A stretch of DNA of 64,000 bases, from assembly GCA_009914755.4 (NCBI GenBank), contig CP068257.2:42784001-42848000 (forward strand). The letters run 5' to 3'. This DNA is from the human T2T-CHM13v2.0 reference genome, Homo sapiens. Position numbers and translations under genes: made by a program. Shown here piece after piece: positions 63,222 through 64,000 of this stretch (positions within the stretch are counted from its first letter, which is position 1; each line of letters begins with the position of its first letter). The notes under the pieces are model-generated. The model saw only the letters and a list, made by a program, of their open reading frames with translations, had not been told where the DNA came from and did not search any database.

Positions 63222-64000
63222 TTATTATTATTATACTTTAAGTTTTAGGGTACATGTGCACAATGTGCAGGTTAGTTACATATGTATACATGTGCCATGC
63301 TGGTGCACTGCACCCACTAACTCATCATCTAGCATTAGGTATATCTCCCAATGCTATCCCCCCCTCCCCCCACCCCACAACAGTCCCCAGAGTGTGATGT
63401 TCCCCTTCCTGTGTCCATGTGTTCTCATTGTTCAGTTCCCACCTGAGTGAGAATATGTGGTGTTTGGTTTTTTGTTCTTGCGATAGTTTACTGAGAATGA
63501 TGATTTCCAATTTCATCCATGTCCCTACAAAGGACATGAACTCATCATTTTTTATGGCTGCATAGTATTCCATGGTGTATATGTGCCACATTTTCTTAAT
63601 CCAGTCTATCATTGTTGGACATTTGGGTTGGTTCCAAGTCTTTGCTATTGTGAATAGTGCCACAATAAACATACGTGTGCATGTGTCTTTATAGCAGCAT
63701 GATTTATAGTCCTTTGGGTATATACCCAGTAATGGGATGGCTGGGTCAAATGGTATTTCCAGTTCTAGATCCCTGAGGAATCGCCACACTGACTTCCACA
63801 ATGGTTGAACTAGTTTACAGTCCCACCAACAGTGTAAAAGTGTTCCTATTTCTCCACATCCTCTCCAGCACCTGTTGTTTCCTGACTTTTTAATGATTGC
63901 CATTCTAACTGGTGTGAGATGGTATCTCATTGCGGTTTTGATTTGCATTTCTCTGATGGTCGGTGATGGTGAGCATTTTTTCATGTGTTTTTTTGGCTGC
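63222..64000 (-). mobile_element. young L1 (L1PA-type) 3' end: ORF2 C-terminus plus 3' UTR, continuing beyond the window
   Basis: Minus-strand ORF 63325-63984, [63 protein letters not shown]…, is near-identical to the L1 ORF2 C-terminus. The characteristic 3' UTR tail …acctgcacattgtgcacatgtaccctaaaacttaaagtataataataataaaaaaaa (reverse complement) lies at 63220-63290. Confidence 0.92.

Overview
This window is human genomic DNA, not prokaryotic. Dense Alu, L1, MIR, MaLR and ERV repeats, GT-AG introns and CpG islands place it on chr21q22.3 at the TRPM2 to LRRC3 interval, on the + strand. There is no operon, defence island or CRISPR-type system, and I will not invent one.

The window holds three main things:

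1. **TRPM2 3' end (1–19.2 kb).** The last ten coding exons of TRPM2 (exons 23–32) are present, encoding residues ~1154–1503: the C-terminal coiled-coil, linker and the whole NUDT9-homology domain, ending ...AEFGAHY*. All ten splice junctions could be reconstructed by eye. The 3' UTR carries an AATAAA at 19143.
2. **LRRC3 (31.4–33.9 kb).** A GC-box-rich, TATA-less CpG island precedes a non-coding first exon. The complete 257-aa LRRC3 ORF (signal peptide, LRRNT, LRRs, LRRCT, TM) sits in a single coding exon at 33098–33871.
3. **An ancient NUMT (about 45.6–51.6 kb).** This is the most notable structure. It is a nuclear insertion of mitochondrial DNA of about 3.9 kb, roughly rCRS 12.27–16.5 kb, in inverted orientation. 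It covers tRNA-Leu(CUN), ND5, ND6, tRNA-Glu, CYTB, tRNA-Thr, tRNA-Pro and part of the D-loop. It was later split by three Alu insertions, each with target-site duplications, and by a nested MaLR-LTR insertion, which makes the NUMT older than those elements.

Other content:

- 18 or more Alu elements, an old L1 and a young L1PA.
- A THE1 LTR.
- HERV-H-like fragments, including a tRNA-His primer-binding site and a gag CCHC zinc knuckle.
- MIR elements.
- A CpG island in TRPM2 intron 24, the reported TRPM2-AS/TRPM2-TE internal promoter region.
- An unusually dense set of minisatellites with 9, 12, 18, ~30, ~52 and 62 bp units. The 62-bp array is derived from a MaLR LTR. There is also a 0.9-kb CA-rich complex repeat.
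- An interstitial (TTAGGG)n block and a telomere-like degenerate minisatellite.

Several long ORFs in the six-frame track are translation artefacts of these tandem repeats.
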